From: Camelus dromedarius
Taxonomy: Eukaryota
NCBI RefSeq assembly: GCF_036321535.1
Contig: NC_087437.1
Coordinates: 930,001 to 994,000 of the forward strand
Reading direction: 5' to 3'
DNA length: 64,000 nt
A program made the position numbers and the translations under genes. The notes under the pieces were generated by a model. The model was not told the DNA's origin. It did not search any database and saw only the letters and a program-made list of their open reading frames with translations. This document shows, piece after piece, positions 51,000-62,599 of this stretch (its first letter is position 1; every line of letters begins with the position of its first letter).

Positions 51000-51460
51000 C
51001 TTCCCATCCCCTTCTCTCCCTGGGAACCGTAAGTTTGTTTCTCTATGTCTGTGGGTCTGTTTCTCTTTTGTAGTTAAATTCATTTGTGTCTTTTTTTAGA
51101 TTCCACATATAAGTGAAATCATATGGCATTTTTCTCTTTTTCTGGCTTACTTCACTTAGAATGACTATCTCTACGTCCATCTATGTTACTGCAAATGACA
51201 TTGTTTTGTTTTTTTTTCATGGCTGAGTAGTATTCCATTGTATAAGTATACTACTACTGCTTTATCCAGTCAGCTGCTGATGGACATTTGTGTTGTTGCC
51301 ATGTCCTGGCTATAATAAATAGTGCTGCTGTGAGCATTGAGGTGCATGTGACTTTTTGAATTAGAGTTTTCTTCTGACATATGTCCAGGAGTGGGAAGGC
51401 TGGATCATGAGTTAAGTCCATTTTCAGTTTTTAAAGGAACATCCACACTGTCTTCTCTAG
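51000..51460 (-). mobile_element. L1 fragment (ORF2 end and 3' UTR), artiodactyl type
   Basis: aagtttgtttctctatgtctgtg, ttttagattccacatataagtga, ggctgagtagtattccattg, aatagtgctgctgtga, ccaggagtggga...gctggatcat, aggaacatccacactgt. Confidence 0.9.
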
Positions 51461-51671
51461 TAACAATGCAGCCCATTTTGTGAAAGCAGAGCCATTCTCA
51501 GAAAGTAACGGGTATTTCTAGGGGCCAGATATGAAACACAGTGAGTGTGGCCTGTTCAAAAATCAGAGGGCAGTCTGCCAGGGCTGGAGGAGAGTGACAA
51601 GGGAAGTGTGGTACAGGTAGGATTCAGACCACATGGGGACCTGACAGGCTGGGATAAGGAGCCTGGGCCTC

Positions 51672-52128
51672 CAGTCATTCCTTGGTAACCATGGGGCACT
51701 TGTTCCAGGACTCCCCCCAGACGTCAACATCCATGGATGTTGACACCTCTTGTATAAAATGACATAGGACTTGCATGGGACTCATGTACATCCTCCCATC
51801 TACTTTTTCAATATATATACAAACTTTTTTTATTGAGATATAGTCATTTTACAACATTGTATCAAATTCCAGCATACAACAGAAGTTTTCAGTTATACAT
51901 GAATATACACGTATATTTGTTGTCACTTTCTCTTTTGCTGTGTCCTCCTGTGTACTTTAAATTATCTCTAGGTTACTTCTGGTATCTAATAAAACATGAA
52001 TGCTATGTAAGTAGTTGCCAGTGTATGGCAAATTCAAGTGTTGCTTTTTGAAACTTTGTGTTTTTTCCCGAGTATTTTCAATCCACAGTTAGTTGAATCT
52101 GCTGGATAGGGAGCCCCTAGATCCGGAG
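51672..52128 (+). mobile_element. MER2-like TcMar-Tigger non-autonomous DNA transposon, interrupted by an L1 fragment
   Basis: cagtcattccttggtaaccatgggg...gttccaggac, tataaaatgacatag...ttgcat, catcctcc...tactttaaattatctctag, tgctatgtaagtagttg, tattttcaatccacagttagttgaatc follow the MER2 consensus as recalled. Confidence 0.85.
51807..51942 (-). mobile_element. 5'-truncated L1 3' terminus nested in MER2
   Basis: tttttttattgagatatagtcattttacaacattgtatcaaattcc...ttttcagttatacat is an antisense L1 3' end. It is flanked by a duplicated MER2 16-mer: tcctcccatctacttt (51791-51806) and tcctcctgtgtacttt (51943-51958). Confidence 0.8.
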
Positions 52129-52198
52129 AACCCCCAAGCTCCTCCTTCCCACCTCCTAAATTTCCACTGCAAGCACTGAAGGGGTCCAAACATAGAAG

Positions 52199-52213
52199 AG
52201 CGCCATCTACCTG
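52199..52213 (-). promoter_or_regulatory. Candidate CTCF core motif
   Basis: Minus strand CAGGTAGATGGCGCT; the 3' part (TAGATGGCGCT) matches the core. Motif only. Confidence 0.35.
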
Positions 52214-53274
52214 CTGGAAACCCTGAGGAATTCCGTCAGCGTATGTAGCACAGGAGAGAAGGCTTAGGGCCAACTAGTGGGAAAGGAGGGCCTGCCTGGA
52301 GTGGAAGGAGGAAGGACCGCAGCGGAAGCCATCTCGTACTCTTACTGGAACTAGCTGATAGCAGTGAGGGACGCCGAGGAACTGGGGACACGGTGCATGG
52401 GGGGCGATCCTGGCCGCCAGGTGCAGGGTTCACATAGCTGGGACCCAGTTTGCAAGATCAAAATAACAAGGAGGGAGAGGGGCTGCCTCAGCCCCGGGAT
52501 CCTGACAACGGCCACAGCGCCTTGACCCCAGCTAATGCGGCTCCCCTAGTAAGCCAGAAAAAGGAAACTCTGTGCCAAGATATTGCAGATTCCACCGCAG
52601 CCACACGGATAACTAGATCTCTAAGCTGACAAAATGTAACCACCAGAAACAGGAATCTTTCCTTTTCTCTTCCTTTGGACCTTTGGACAGGGAGTCACAC
52701 ATCTTTAACTGGAACCACCTTTAAACCGATAGAGAGCTCACTTTTTCAGGAATAAGCATGGAGAAAAAGAGTGGGGTGATGGTTTAAGGCGGAAGTCAAA
52801 GTGGAAGCCCATGTGATAAATGGTAAAAACATGCTTCTCAATGAATTCGAGTTATGGCAAAAAGAAGGAGGAAGGTTAAGGAAATCTCTATTAATATCCA
52901 TTCAGCATACAAGACTAGCCAGCCATAAAAAGACAGCACCTTAAATTAAGAATTTTTTTTTTTTTTTTTTGGTGATGAAAGACAATGCCTTAATTTAAAA
53001 TAAGGTTTGGGCTATGAACAACACACTGAGAGTTGTTGATGAGGAGAACATAAATCTGCATATAGATATGAAAGTTTTCCAAGTCAACCGCTTGAAAAAA
53101 ATTAGTCAATCTTGTGTCCAGTTGATTGGGAAATCCCGATAAGTAAATAACTCAAAAGTGGGAAACACATGGAATTAAATAGTGTTAGTGAGCAATGAAA
53201 TCCAAGATGTTTATACCTATATTTTCTTTGTTAATGTAACAAACTTAAAGCAACTGTCTAAAAAGTAACTGGAG

Positions 53275-53316
53275 CACACAAACACACACACGCACACACA
53301 CACACACACACACACA
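53275..53316. repeat. (CA)n microsatellite, two interruptions
   Basis: Seen directly. Confidence 0.95.
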
Positions 53317-54089
53317 GTTTGGAAGAGCAGAGAGGTAAAATATGCTAAATTTTTCATTATTGAGGAACAGGATCTAATAGATTATTTCATTTTTGAGACT
53401 CTTATAGGAATACTGGTCCAATTGCATATAAAGTTACGAACTTAGAGATGATTTTTAAAAATTTAGAGAGAATTTTCATTAAGAGGTAATATAGCTTCCA
53501 AATCACTGAAGAGAAAATTAACAATAAAAAAATTAATTAATCCAGGTAATATGGAGTAACACTGACCATAATTACCACCCTACAATAAACCACAAAATGG
53601 ATAAAATATATGAAGCAATGATTTTTAAGACACTTGAAAACGATCATCCACTAGGACCTTGTCCTGCCACCTCTATGCCAAGGCTGCTAGGCCTCCTACT
53701 GCCATCACCAATAATGTCCACCAAGAGGCGGCATTTCCTTCCTCTGCTCCTACTGCAGAGCCAGTCCTGAGCAGTCCTTTTCCAGGTTTTGGCAGGCAGC
53801 TCCCAGAAGTGCTCTCATAGGCCTTGGTCCCTTTTAGCCACCAGCAAAGGGATCAAGGATTATCAGTGAGCATCCTTCCTCATCCAAGACCTAGGAACCT
53901 ATCTGACTTCTGAGCAGCCCTTCACTCTTGTCTGCTGTCTGGTACTCTCCGCCCAGCTTCCCGAATCCCCGGCTTGGGCAGCCTGCACGCTGGCCACAGC
54001 CCATCAGAATCTGTTCCCCCGCCAAGAGGCCACGCATGATCGTGAGCAGGGCTCCAGGCCTCTGGAACAGCGTGGCTTGGACTGCGTCC

Positions 54090-54180
54090 TGGTCCTGGGC
54101 TCGCTAGCTCCATGTCCTTGGTTGAGTCAGTTAACATCTCTAAGCTACAGTTTCCTCATCAGTGAAATGAAGACATAATC
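54090..54180 (+). mobile_element. MIR core fragment
   Basis: agtcagttaacatctctaagctacagtttcctcatcagtgaaatg resembles the MIR core AAGTTACTTAACCTCTCTGTGCCTCAGTTTCCTCATCTGTAAAATG. Confidence 0.75.
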
Positions 54181-54324
54181 AATATGGAAAAAAATCAGAA
54201 TCTGAGGGGGAATAAATTTCTGGTGATTGAAGATTATTTTAATTTTGAATTATACAGCAAAGGACATCATACAATTTTTATTACTTCATAATTCTAAAGG
54301 ACAGCTTCTACTATTAAAACTAAT

Positions 54325-54585
54325 ACATGCACGTACACACAAACACACGTGCAGACACACTGGCTCTGCTCCACATACATCCCCACGGGCACACACACAT
54401 GGAGTCATGTAACACACACACACTCATAACATACACACAACCACACACGTTCTCAGGCGCACACACATACATAACATACAGAACCATATACATCCCCAGG
54501 CATGCGCATGCAAACACACACACACACAGTCATGTACCACACACGTCCCCAGGTGCGTGCATGCGTACACACACGTCTTACACAC
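54325..54585. repeat. CA-rich degenerate tandem repeat / low-complexity tract
   Basis: Alternating purine-pyrimidine runs with a recurring ccayayacrtyccyagg-like anchor near 54371, 54441, 54484 and 54537. Confidence 0.8.
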
Positions 54586-56954
54586 TTTGGCGTTATTCTA
54601 AATCAATTTACAATTGAGGGTCACAGTGTCCATTGTTTTATCCACTCAGAAGATCCTGACTTTGGAGCGTGAAGCAGGAACCCCTCCTCTCTGGAGATGG
54701 TCTTTACCACTTACAGTCTCAGTAGAGCTAACATAACTGCTCTGGACCTTTGGAAGTGCAGGGCCAGAGCATACCTGGGAGCTCACATCCTATATATGTA
54801 AACATGTTAAGTGCAGTAGGGTCTAATCTCCTGCCTTTACAAATATACATTCATTATAAGGGGGAAGTCCAGGTTCAAATTTAGAATTCCCAGACACAGG
54901 GGAGTCCGGCAAAGAAAGTGAGCGTGTGGGGAGAGCTGATTCCCAGTCTCTGATCACTAGCCTGACCGTTTTCTTCCCAATGCTGGGTCCATCCCTTGCC
55001 ACAAGGGGCCTTGGATGTGCACAGGGGGACACACAGACCTCATGTCCGGGCTCTGCTCATACCCTCCATGCAAACAGCTATGCTTTGGCCTCTCTGTGAG
55101 TCCTAGGAATCTGAACTCCGGGGAGAGCTGATGCAGGCACTAGAAATGGGTCAGGGGCTGCTGAGACAGGGCATTTGGGGTCCTGGGTTTCTAGAGCACA
55201 GGGCGGAGCCAATGACCATGTCCCCTTGGCCCTGCTGACTCCACCCCATGGAGGGCATGGCCAGAGGAAGTGTCAGGGCCAGAGGGACCCTCCGTAGTGC
55301 AGGACCCAGGTCAGAGGGCCCCCTTGCCGGGGTCTAAGGGCAGAAGCCCCAAGGAAAGGTCTGAGGAGGCTGTAAGGTATTTTCATTCCCATTAATTAAA
55401 AAAAATAAAAGCATACCACAATCGTGGGTGGAAAGGTTTTGTTACAAGGGAAGGCACTTGACAATGTCTGGCCATAGAGGGCTGGTAGGTTTGCCAGGTT
55501 GAGGAACCAAGATGCCGTTAGTCTCCACTGGGTCTAAACACCTCCTGAATTCCTCCGGGTGACACTGAAATGCAGTGAGACACGGAAACCTCTTAAGTTG
55601 TTAAAATCTTCATGGTGAGCCATTCAACTCTCTCCTCATTCTTGGCTATGAAAGCACGATAAACACAGGCCAGAAACACATCAGCCTGTTGGTTGGTTCA
55701 CTATCCGCCTGGTGCTCCCTCTTGTAGGAGCTTTTATCACATCACCCAGGGCTGACCCGGCTCAGGATTATAGCTGATTTTCAGCACGTGGCATCACTTG
55801 CTGGTGACACGAATCAGGCAAGTTAGCCACCTCCAAAACTCTGAGGCTCCTCCTGGGAGGAGCCTGCAGACCCCCAGTCTAGCCTCTGCACCACAATGCT
55901 CCTTATTGCCACTCCCATCTTGCTGCCCTGGCCTCTAGCTCTGACCAGAACCTCGCTGGATTGTCGATAAATGTCACCCATATACCACGTCTAAGCTTGG
56001 GGTCCAGATGTGACCATGGTTCTTATTTACTTCCCATCGATTGATTGATCTTTGTGTAATCGTGTTGGCAGGAAGGCCATTACCACCCTCTTGAGGCCTC
56101 CTCGAGCCGCCTCTGTGTATAAATATCCTAGCACCCCAGGGGATCGGGTCTGAATCCTGGAACTCAGACAAGATGGCACCTGGAGAGACAGGAATCCACT
56201 CTTGCCATGGCTTCTGCTGAGGCTCGGTGTGGCCATAAAAACGGATCCCACAAGCCCTGACGTCACTTGACTCGCTGCAGGGATGCTCCCACACTGCCCC
56301 GTTCCCCCCAGAGACTGAGGGCTTTCTGCTTGTTCCCGAAGGCCCCAGCCCCGTGGGGGCACCGGGTCCAGTGGAGCATCCAGCCTGGTTCCCCGCCAGC
56401 CCTTAGGGCCTTGGTGGGGACTGGAACATCAACTACCCTCCCCTTAGGGACCCGTTTGTCTTTTCCAGCCAACAGACCTAGGTCTTAAGCACTTTAACTC
56501 ACCTGAGGGTGTTTTCCTCACTTCAGGGGCAGTGAGGACTGGGCTTCTTCACACTCCAAGAGCCCCCGGTCTGGATGCAGACAGTCTGGCTCTCCCCCCA
56601 GTCCTGCAGTTCCCGGCCACACCTGCTGCTGGTCACAGTCTGTGCTGTGTTCTCTTCCAGGACAAGAGGTGCATTCTGACCCCAACCCCGCCCCCACCAG
56701 CGGTGGCAGAGGCAGCGGACAGGCAGGTGAGCAGGGGCCTGAGACCATCTCCGAAAATCAGTGCCCCAGAGGCCGCTGGTGACTAGAGGGGCCACGGGGC
56801 AGAAGGCAGCATGGGATGGGAGGAAGAGGAAGGCTCAGGACAAGGAGATGAAAGGGGGAACAGATAGCACTGTGAGGACCTCGGCCATGAAAGGGAAGAA
56901 AAAAGATAGTGACAGCTGAAGCGGTGTTGGCGTTAAAAGCTGCGGGCTTTTTCA

Positions 56955-57260
56955 TTTAATTTTATTAATTACCATTACATATAGTGGCATATTTTTATTT
57001 GATTAAAGATTAGGTGCCATGCCATATAACAGGATACAGTATGTTATTATTTATTAAATAATACATAATAGTAGATATACTACCATAATATGTTCTGTTT
57101 ATTTATTATCAGATAGTATATAATACGTATGTAGGTATTTATAAACATAATATATAATTCATGCATCTATATAATATATAATACATAAAAATGTAGGATT
57201 ATGATTAATATATTTTATAACAAGATTACATAACAATAATGATGTAATATTACACATTGT
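56955..57260. repeat. AT-rich low-complexity tract
   Basis: Seen directly; abrupt composition switch from the GC-rich sequence on its left. Confidence 0.7.
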
Positions 57261-59139
57261 ATGCCTTGGTTCATGACACAATCTCACCTTAGGTGCCTTT
57301 GAGAAGTATTTATGTATTAAAATTAATATTATAAGAAACAGTTGTGAACCTATCACCCAGCATCAGAACAGGACTATTGACAGTGACATACTGTGTCCTA
57401 ACCTGCACTTGGCCTCTTCTCACAGGAAGTAACCAGCATCCTGAATCCTGGCTTACCCTTGCCTTGTGTTACTTTCACACACACAACACTTAAGATCAGT
57501 TAAAACAAATGAACTGCAGGTACATGCAGCGAAGTGGATGAATCACCCACTCTATGTTAAATTGAAACATAAGCCCTAGAAGGTAGGCGATAGTGTGCTA
57601 TGCTTTTAACTGTGTATATATATGTCAACTAATCTCACTGAATTAAGAACTACAGCTAGAGTCCAGGTGGGAGAGGGACAGATAAAAGATGAGGTGAGAA
57701 GATTTGCTGCAGGTGAGCGAGTTCCTTTCCAGTGACATGTCATTCTCTCTGAAGCAGGAGGGAAGACCATCTGATGGGAGTCAGGGAAGAGACAGAGGGA
57801 AGCTTAGAGGTGTGCAGAGAGCAGAGAATGTTGACACCACTGAGTGATAAGTGGGGAAATGTGCTCACTAGAGAAATCCTGGAGGATTGCCTGGCAGTGG
57901 CAACACGGTGGGCATTGATTTGTAGTCTTAGAAACCTGTGCTGGGAGAGCCTGCTGCCTGCAGGCTCAGAACAAATAGAGCTGGGTGAACCGAGATGGAA
58001 GTCGGCCTGGTGAGGAACTGAAAAGGTCAAGGCTCAAGGGGGTTTTGTTTGTCATAAAGAGAGTGCTGACTGTGGATGCAGAGCTGGAAGGTGGGGTAGT
58101 GGAAGTAAGAGGAATGTGGACAGGCAGGAAAGCAGAGGAGTCAGTGCATGATGCCTTAGTGAGGGTGAATGAGGGTCAACGAGGCTGGTGGAGAAGCAGC
58201 TGGATGGCTAGAGGTGGGCACTTAAAAGAGAGAGGCTAGACCTGGGGTGGAGACACACCCGGGTATGAGCCCGTGGGTAGGGTGAATGGGGGGTGGCTGG
58301 CTCAGGCTGACGGTGAAGAAGACCCTAAAATGAACATACTGGGTGGTGGAGGGAGAATGAACTTTGACGTCTTGATGGTAGGAGGCGAGGCAATACAGAG
58401 CTGGTGGTCCAGGTGCTCCTGACTGAGGCAGATGAGCAGGGAGGCCAGGGTGGCAGGCACTGCTAGGAAAGGATCTGGGTTTTCCAGGTGCTCCCAGGAG
58501 AGTAGGAGCAATCATCTGAAAGGGGAAAGTGAGCACAAGGAGGCAAACCCAGGCTCCTTATCAAACGGGGGGTGTGAGGGGGCAAAGTGTCAACTCCAGA
58601 GATGGTGGGCCAGGAAGCAGGGACCACGGGTGAAGTGAGGGGACACTCAGAAAAGAGAGGGAGAAGAGTCTTCTGGGTGTAGGGGAAAGAGAGGCCCCAG
58701 GACAAAGTAGCAAAGGGGCACATTGATGAGGATGGACTGGCTCTATGGTGACACTGCAGGGCTGGCTGGATCTTTGTCCTGAGGGCTTAATTTGGGGGGG
58801 GCTGCTGGCCTCACGAGGACACCCCTCTCAGCAGCCTGGACAGACGCTCCCGTTCTTGAGAGCTGTGTGGCCAACACTGTTCTCGGAGGGGCTCTGCCTC
58901 CATCTTCTATCAGACTTTCCTGCCCAGCCCCCGTCCGCCAGCGAGGGAACCTGGGCCTTGCAGCTGTTTCCCGTGGAGGGAGACAGGCTCCTTGGAGAAG
59001 CAGGCTGATCTTACTTTTCTCCGTAACCCAGGTCCTAGCAAAGCTCCAGTGTGGCCCATTCAGAGGATCAGATACTTAATAAATTAACTTAAAGCAGTAG
59101 AATAGCAGAGCTGGAGGAATTGACCACTGAGCTCACAGA

Positions 59140-59215
59140 ATTCACTGCCCATACCCCCATTCTACAGATGAGGAAACAGAGACCAAGCGGTGAAACAGCC
59201 TTGGCCAAGGTCACG
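59140..59215 (-). mobile_element. MIR core fragment
   Basis: ccccattctacagatgaggaaacagagacc...ccaaggtcac is the antisense MIR core. Confidence 0.85.
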
Positions 59216-59254
59216 CTGCTCCTTAATGCTGGCCTGTGTCGGGCATGCCAAGTG

Positions 59255-59460
59255 ATGAGCTGCAGTGAAAGGCCTGAGAGGGGGCTCTGGGGCCAGACAG
59301 TTTGGGTTCAAGTCCCAGGTCTGCCATTTACTAGCTGTGTGATTAATGACTGTCCTTCCTGTAAAGTGCCACCTCATTGGGTTGTCGTGAACACAGAGTT
59401 CCTGGAACAGCAGGACAGAGTTCTGTAAGGGTTTGCTGTTGCTTTGTTTACTATTATTAT
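59255..59460 (+). mobile_element. MIR SINE with a core deletion
   Basis: ggctctggggccagacagtttgggttcaagtccc...tctgccatttactagctgtgtga...cctcattgggttgtcgtga...ctattattat follows the MIR 5' and 3' consensus. Confidence 0.85.
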
Positions 59461-59783
59461 CACCAAGTGAACCCTGAAATGAAGAACAAAGACAGCAAGA
59501 ATTTTTATTTTAAAGGATTTTAAAATCCGATGATGAATGTTTGATTTAGTCTATTGAAGTCTGCATTTGACCCTTATTAACAACTACACAATGGATGACT
59601 TTTGAGGAAATGTTGCTTCATGTCTTTAATTCTCACTAACGACACAGGCTATTCAACAGGAAGCAGCTTTTTTCCAGGAAGAGGGACAAAAATTTAACAA
59701 AATCTCGGTACCTCTCGGTCCCCAGTGAATTGGTTGTGACCTGTCAACCCAACTCTGGGGAACTGCCCGCTCCTCCTGGGCTT

Positions 59784-59816
59784 GCTGCACTGCCCCGCGG
59801 CATCCAGGGGGCGCTG
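59784..59816 (+). promoter_or_regulatory. Candidate CTCF site with upstream (ZF9-11) motif
   Basis: GCTGCACTGCCC-cgc-GGCATCCAGGGGGCGCTG: core CCAGGGGGCGCT plus a TGCAG/CTGCC-type upstream module at about the expected spacing. Motif only. Confidence 0.6.
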
Positions 59817-60499
59817 TACGCCCACACGAATCCAGTCTCTTGGTTCATATCTTTGCTTCAGATCCCTCAAGGACTGCCCATGCCCCAGGGCCCCATCTGC
59901 CCCGCCAGCCTCGCCTGCTGGACTCCAGGACACCATCCTGGGTCTCAACCATCCTCTCCTCCTATGCCCGCCCCACTACTCTTCACTTTGTCCTTCAAAT
60001 GTGGGCTCCTGTGGCTCTCCACCCAGCAGGGGTCTCCCTGTCCTCCACCTCGGGTAACTGCATCGTCCTGCACGGTGCGGTGCGTAGCAAATCCTTGTGG
60101 AGTCAGGAAGAATACAGAACAACAGGTGCTCAGAGGGGCTGCCTTTCCCACTGCAGGGGCCCTTGAGAGCTTTCTCCCGGCTGGTTATTCACAGGCGCTG
60201 AAGCTGTAGAATCTCGATCTCACCAATTTAAAGTGCATCATCACTAATTACAAAAGCAATCATTTTTTCAGTAGCAAAAGGACAAAAGACTTTGTGCCCC
60301 GCACCTCCAACTTTCTTCCTCCGCCTTCAGAGGTGATTCTCACTCTCTGGGCAAGGGTAGAAAGCAACACACAGAATATTATTTTTCAATGTTTTCTTTC
60401 CCACTATGAAGATTGCTTTCCCAGAACCTATGAAGGCAAGGATGGTTTGGCTTCCCTGCACTGAGGATTCAGAGACGCAGGGGGGGAGGGGAGTGGGGA

Positions 60500-62135
60500 G
60501 ATAATTCAGCATTATTGAACCAAACCGAGACATTAAAAGTTTCTATTCTAAACAGAAAGAAAGCAGGATGCTATACAAACGGGAAACCATAGTTGGAAAT
60601 GCAATAACGAGTTACAAGACAATAAACATGAAGATGGAAAAAAGAAAAATTACATCAAAATACAAAAAGGTGGTAATGGGAGACGGTAGCATGAAAAGAT
60701 AGATTTTTTTCTCTTTCTTTCTTTTTTTTTTCTCATTATTCTTAGGATGTGTTGGAGCCTACGTGATTATCAGTCTAAAGGAAATAGATATAGTAATGAG
60801 TTGATATACTTGAAAAAATAGATAACCACAAATCGAAAGCATACAATAGAGTCGCAAAAAAAAAAAAAAAAAGAAACAAGCTCAAAATTGCTTAAAGACT
60901 TAAACATTAGACAAGACGCTATAAATCTCTCAGAAGAAAACATAGGCAAAATATTATTTGATATATATCTCACCAATGTTTTCCTAGGGCAATACACCCA
61001 AGCAACAGAAATAAAATACAAAATAAACAAATGGGACCTAATTACACTTATCAGCTTTTTCACAGCAACAGAAACCATAAGCAAAACAAAAAGACAACCT
61101 ATGGAATGGGAGAAAATTTTTGCAAAAGATGAGACTGAACATGGCTTAAATTCTAGACTATATAAATAGTTCATACAACTTAATAAGAAAAAAAAATAAA
61201 CAACCCAATCCAAAAATGGGCAGAACAACTAAACAAGCAATTCTCCAATGAAGATATACAAATGGCCAATAGGAATATGAAAAAAAGGTTCAATATTGCT
61301 AATTATCAGAGAAATGCAAATCAAAACTACAATAAGTTATCATCTCACACTAGTCAGAATGGCCACCATTCAAACATCCACAAACCACAAATGCTGGAGA
61401 GGCTGTGGAGAAAAGGGAACCCTCCTACATTGTTGGTGGGAATGTAGTTTGGTGCAGCCACTGTGGAAAAGAGTATGGTGAGTCCTCAAAAGACTAAAAA
61501 AAGACTTATCATTTGATCCAGCAATCCCATTCCTGGGCATATATCCAGAGGGAGCCTTAATTCCAAAATATACCTGCACCCCAATGTTCACAGCAGCATT
61601 GCTTACAATGGCCAAGACATAGAAACAAACTAAACACCCACAGACAGATGATTGGATAAAGATGTAGAATTTAGATATAGAAGAATATTACTCAGTCATA
61701 ACAAAGAAGGAAATAATGCCATTTACATCAACATGGATGGACCTGGAGATTATCACACTAAAGTGAAATAACTCAGACAGAGAAAGACAAGTATCATATG
61801 ATATCACTTGTATGTGGAATTTTTAAAAATGATACAAATGAACTTATTTACAAAACAAAAACACACTCACAGACTTAGAAAACTAACAGGAGTTTGGGAT
61901 TAACAATTACAAACTACTATATGTAAAATAGACAAACAACAAAGATTCACTGCAGAACACAGGGGAAAATATTCAGTATCTTGCAACCTTTAATGGAAAA
62001 GAACCTGAAAAAGAATAGACTATGTATATGTACAACTGAATCACTATGCTGTATACCTGAAACTAACAAAACAGCTGTATATCTGAAACTAACAAAACAT
62101 TGTAAATCAACCACATTTCAATTAAAGAAAAAGAT
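60500..62135 (+). mobile_element. LINE-1 copy: ORF1 end and inter-ORF region joined directly to the 3' third of ORF2 and the 3' UTR; non-functional
   Basis: The ORF track gives L1 ORF2 peptides in different frames (KDLNIRQDAINLSEENIGK...KINKWDLITL...[34 protein letters not shown]...[19 protein letters not shown]), so it is frameshifted. The 3' UTR ends ...ttgtaaatcaaccacatttcaattaaagaaaaa. Segment 60500-60880 resembles the ORF1 end/inter-ORF region (lower certainty). Confidence 0.9.
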
Positions 62136-62599
62136 AAGTTCTAAATACCTTTATTCAAAGAAAATCTTCAACTCTTACCTCTTACGGAAAGTAAAATGGG
62201 AAGCTTGAGCAGGACCAAATTATACTGAATGAGAGGTTACATACCGTCTCCAGCACGTGGCCCATGCTACACACACATCGTGTTTTCCTTCAGGTAAGAA
62301 TGGCCCTTACTGCCCAGGGAGCGAGTCCTCCTTAGACAAGGCCTGTGTGGCAGTGGCCTTCTTGTCACCGCTCCATCTCACCAGGAGGCCAGGATTTTCA
62401 GAGCGGAGGGAACACATATCTCATACACTTCAGATCTATTTCCTGAGAAAAACTATGGAAAGACCAAATTCACCTGCAGTGCGGGAAACATGAGCAGGAC
62501 CCCTTAGCAGACCGACAAGCCCGAAGCAAGATGGCCTGATGTTCACATCAGAACCAGAACAACAACCGTCTGGCCCCAGTTAAACGATCACCATCTCCC

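Noticed and set aside
52411..52427. tggccgccaggtgcagg, near-CTCF motif
   Set aside because: One base short in the core GGTGGC.
55530..55690. Short strings translating to GLN.S and RNTSA, reminiscent of a later POFUT2 exon
   Set aside because: Opposite strand to exon 2, wrong spacing, an in-frame stop and no intervening similarity.
59015..59074. 60-nt minus-strand candidate exon (aag|...|gtaaga; xSDPLNGPHWSFARTWVTEK)
   Set aside because: Weak acceptor, unrecognised peptide, and not POFUT2 exon 3; such signal pairs arise by chance.
59140..59460. Head-to-head MIR pair as a hairpin RNA
   Set aside because: The two copies cover mostly different parts of the consensus and are highly diverged, so little pairing is possible.
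55974..60209. Many overlapping 65-159 aa ORFs in GC-rich sequence
   Set aside because: They overlap on both strands with no recognisable protein, as expected from low stop-codon density.
60770..61615. ORFs of 61-152 aa on both strands
   Set aside because: Frameshifted L1 ORF2 pieces and their antisense frames.
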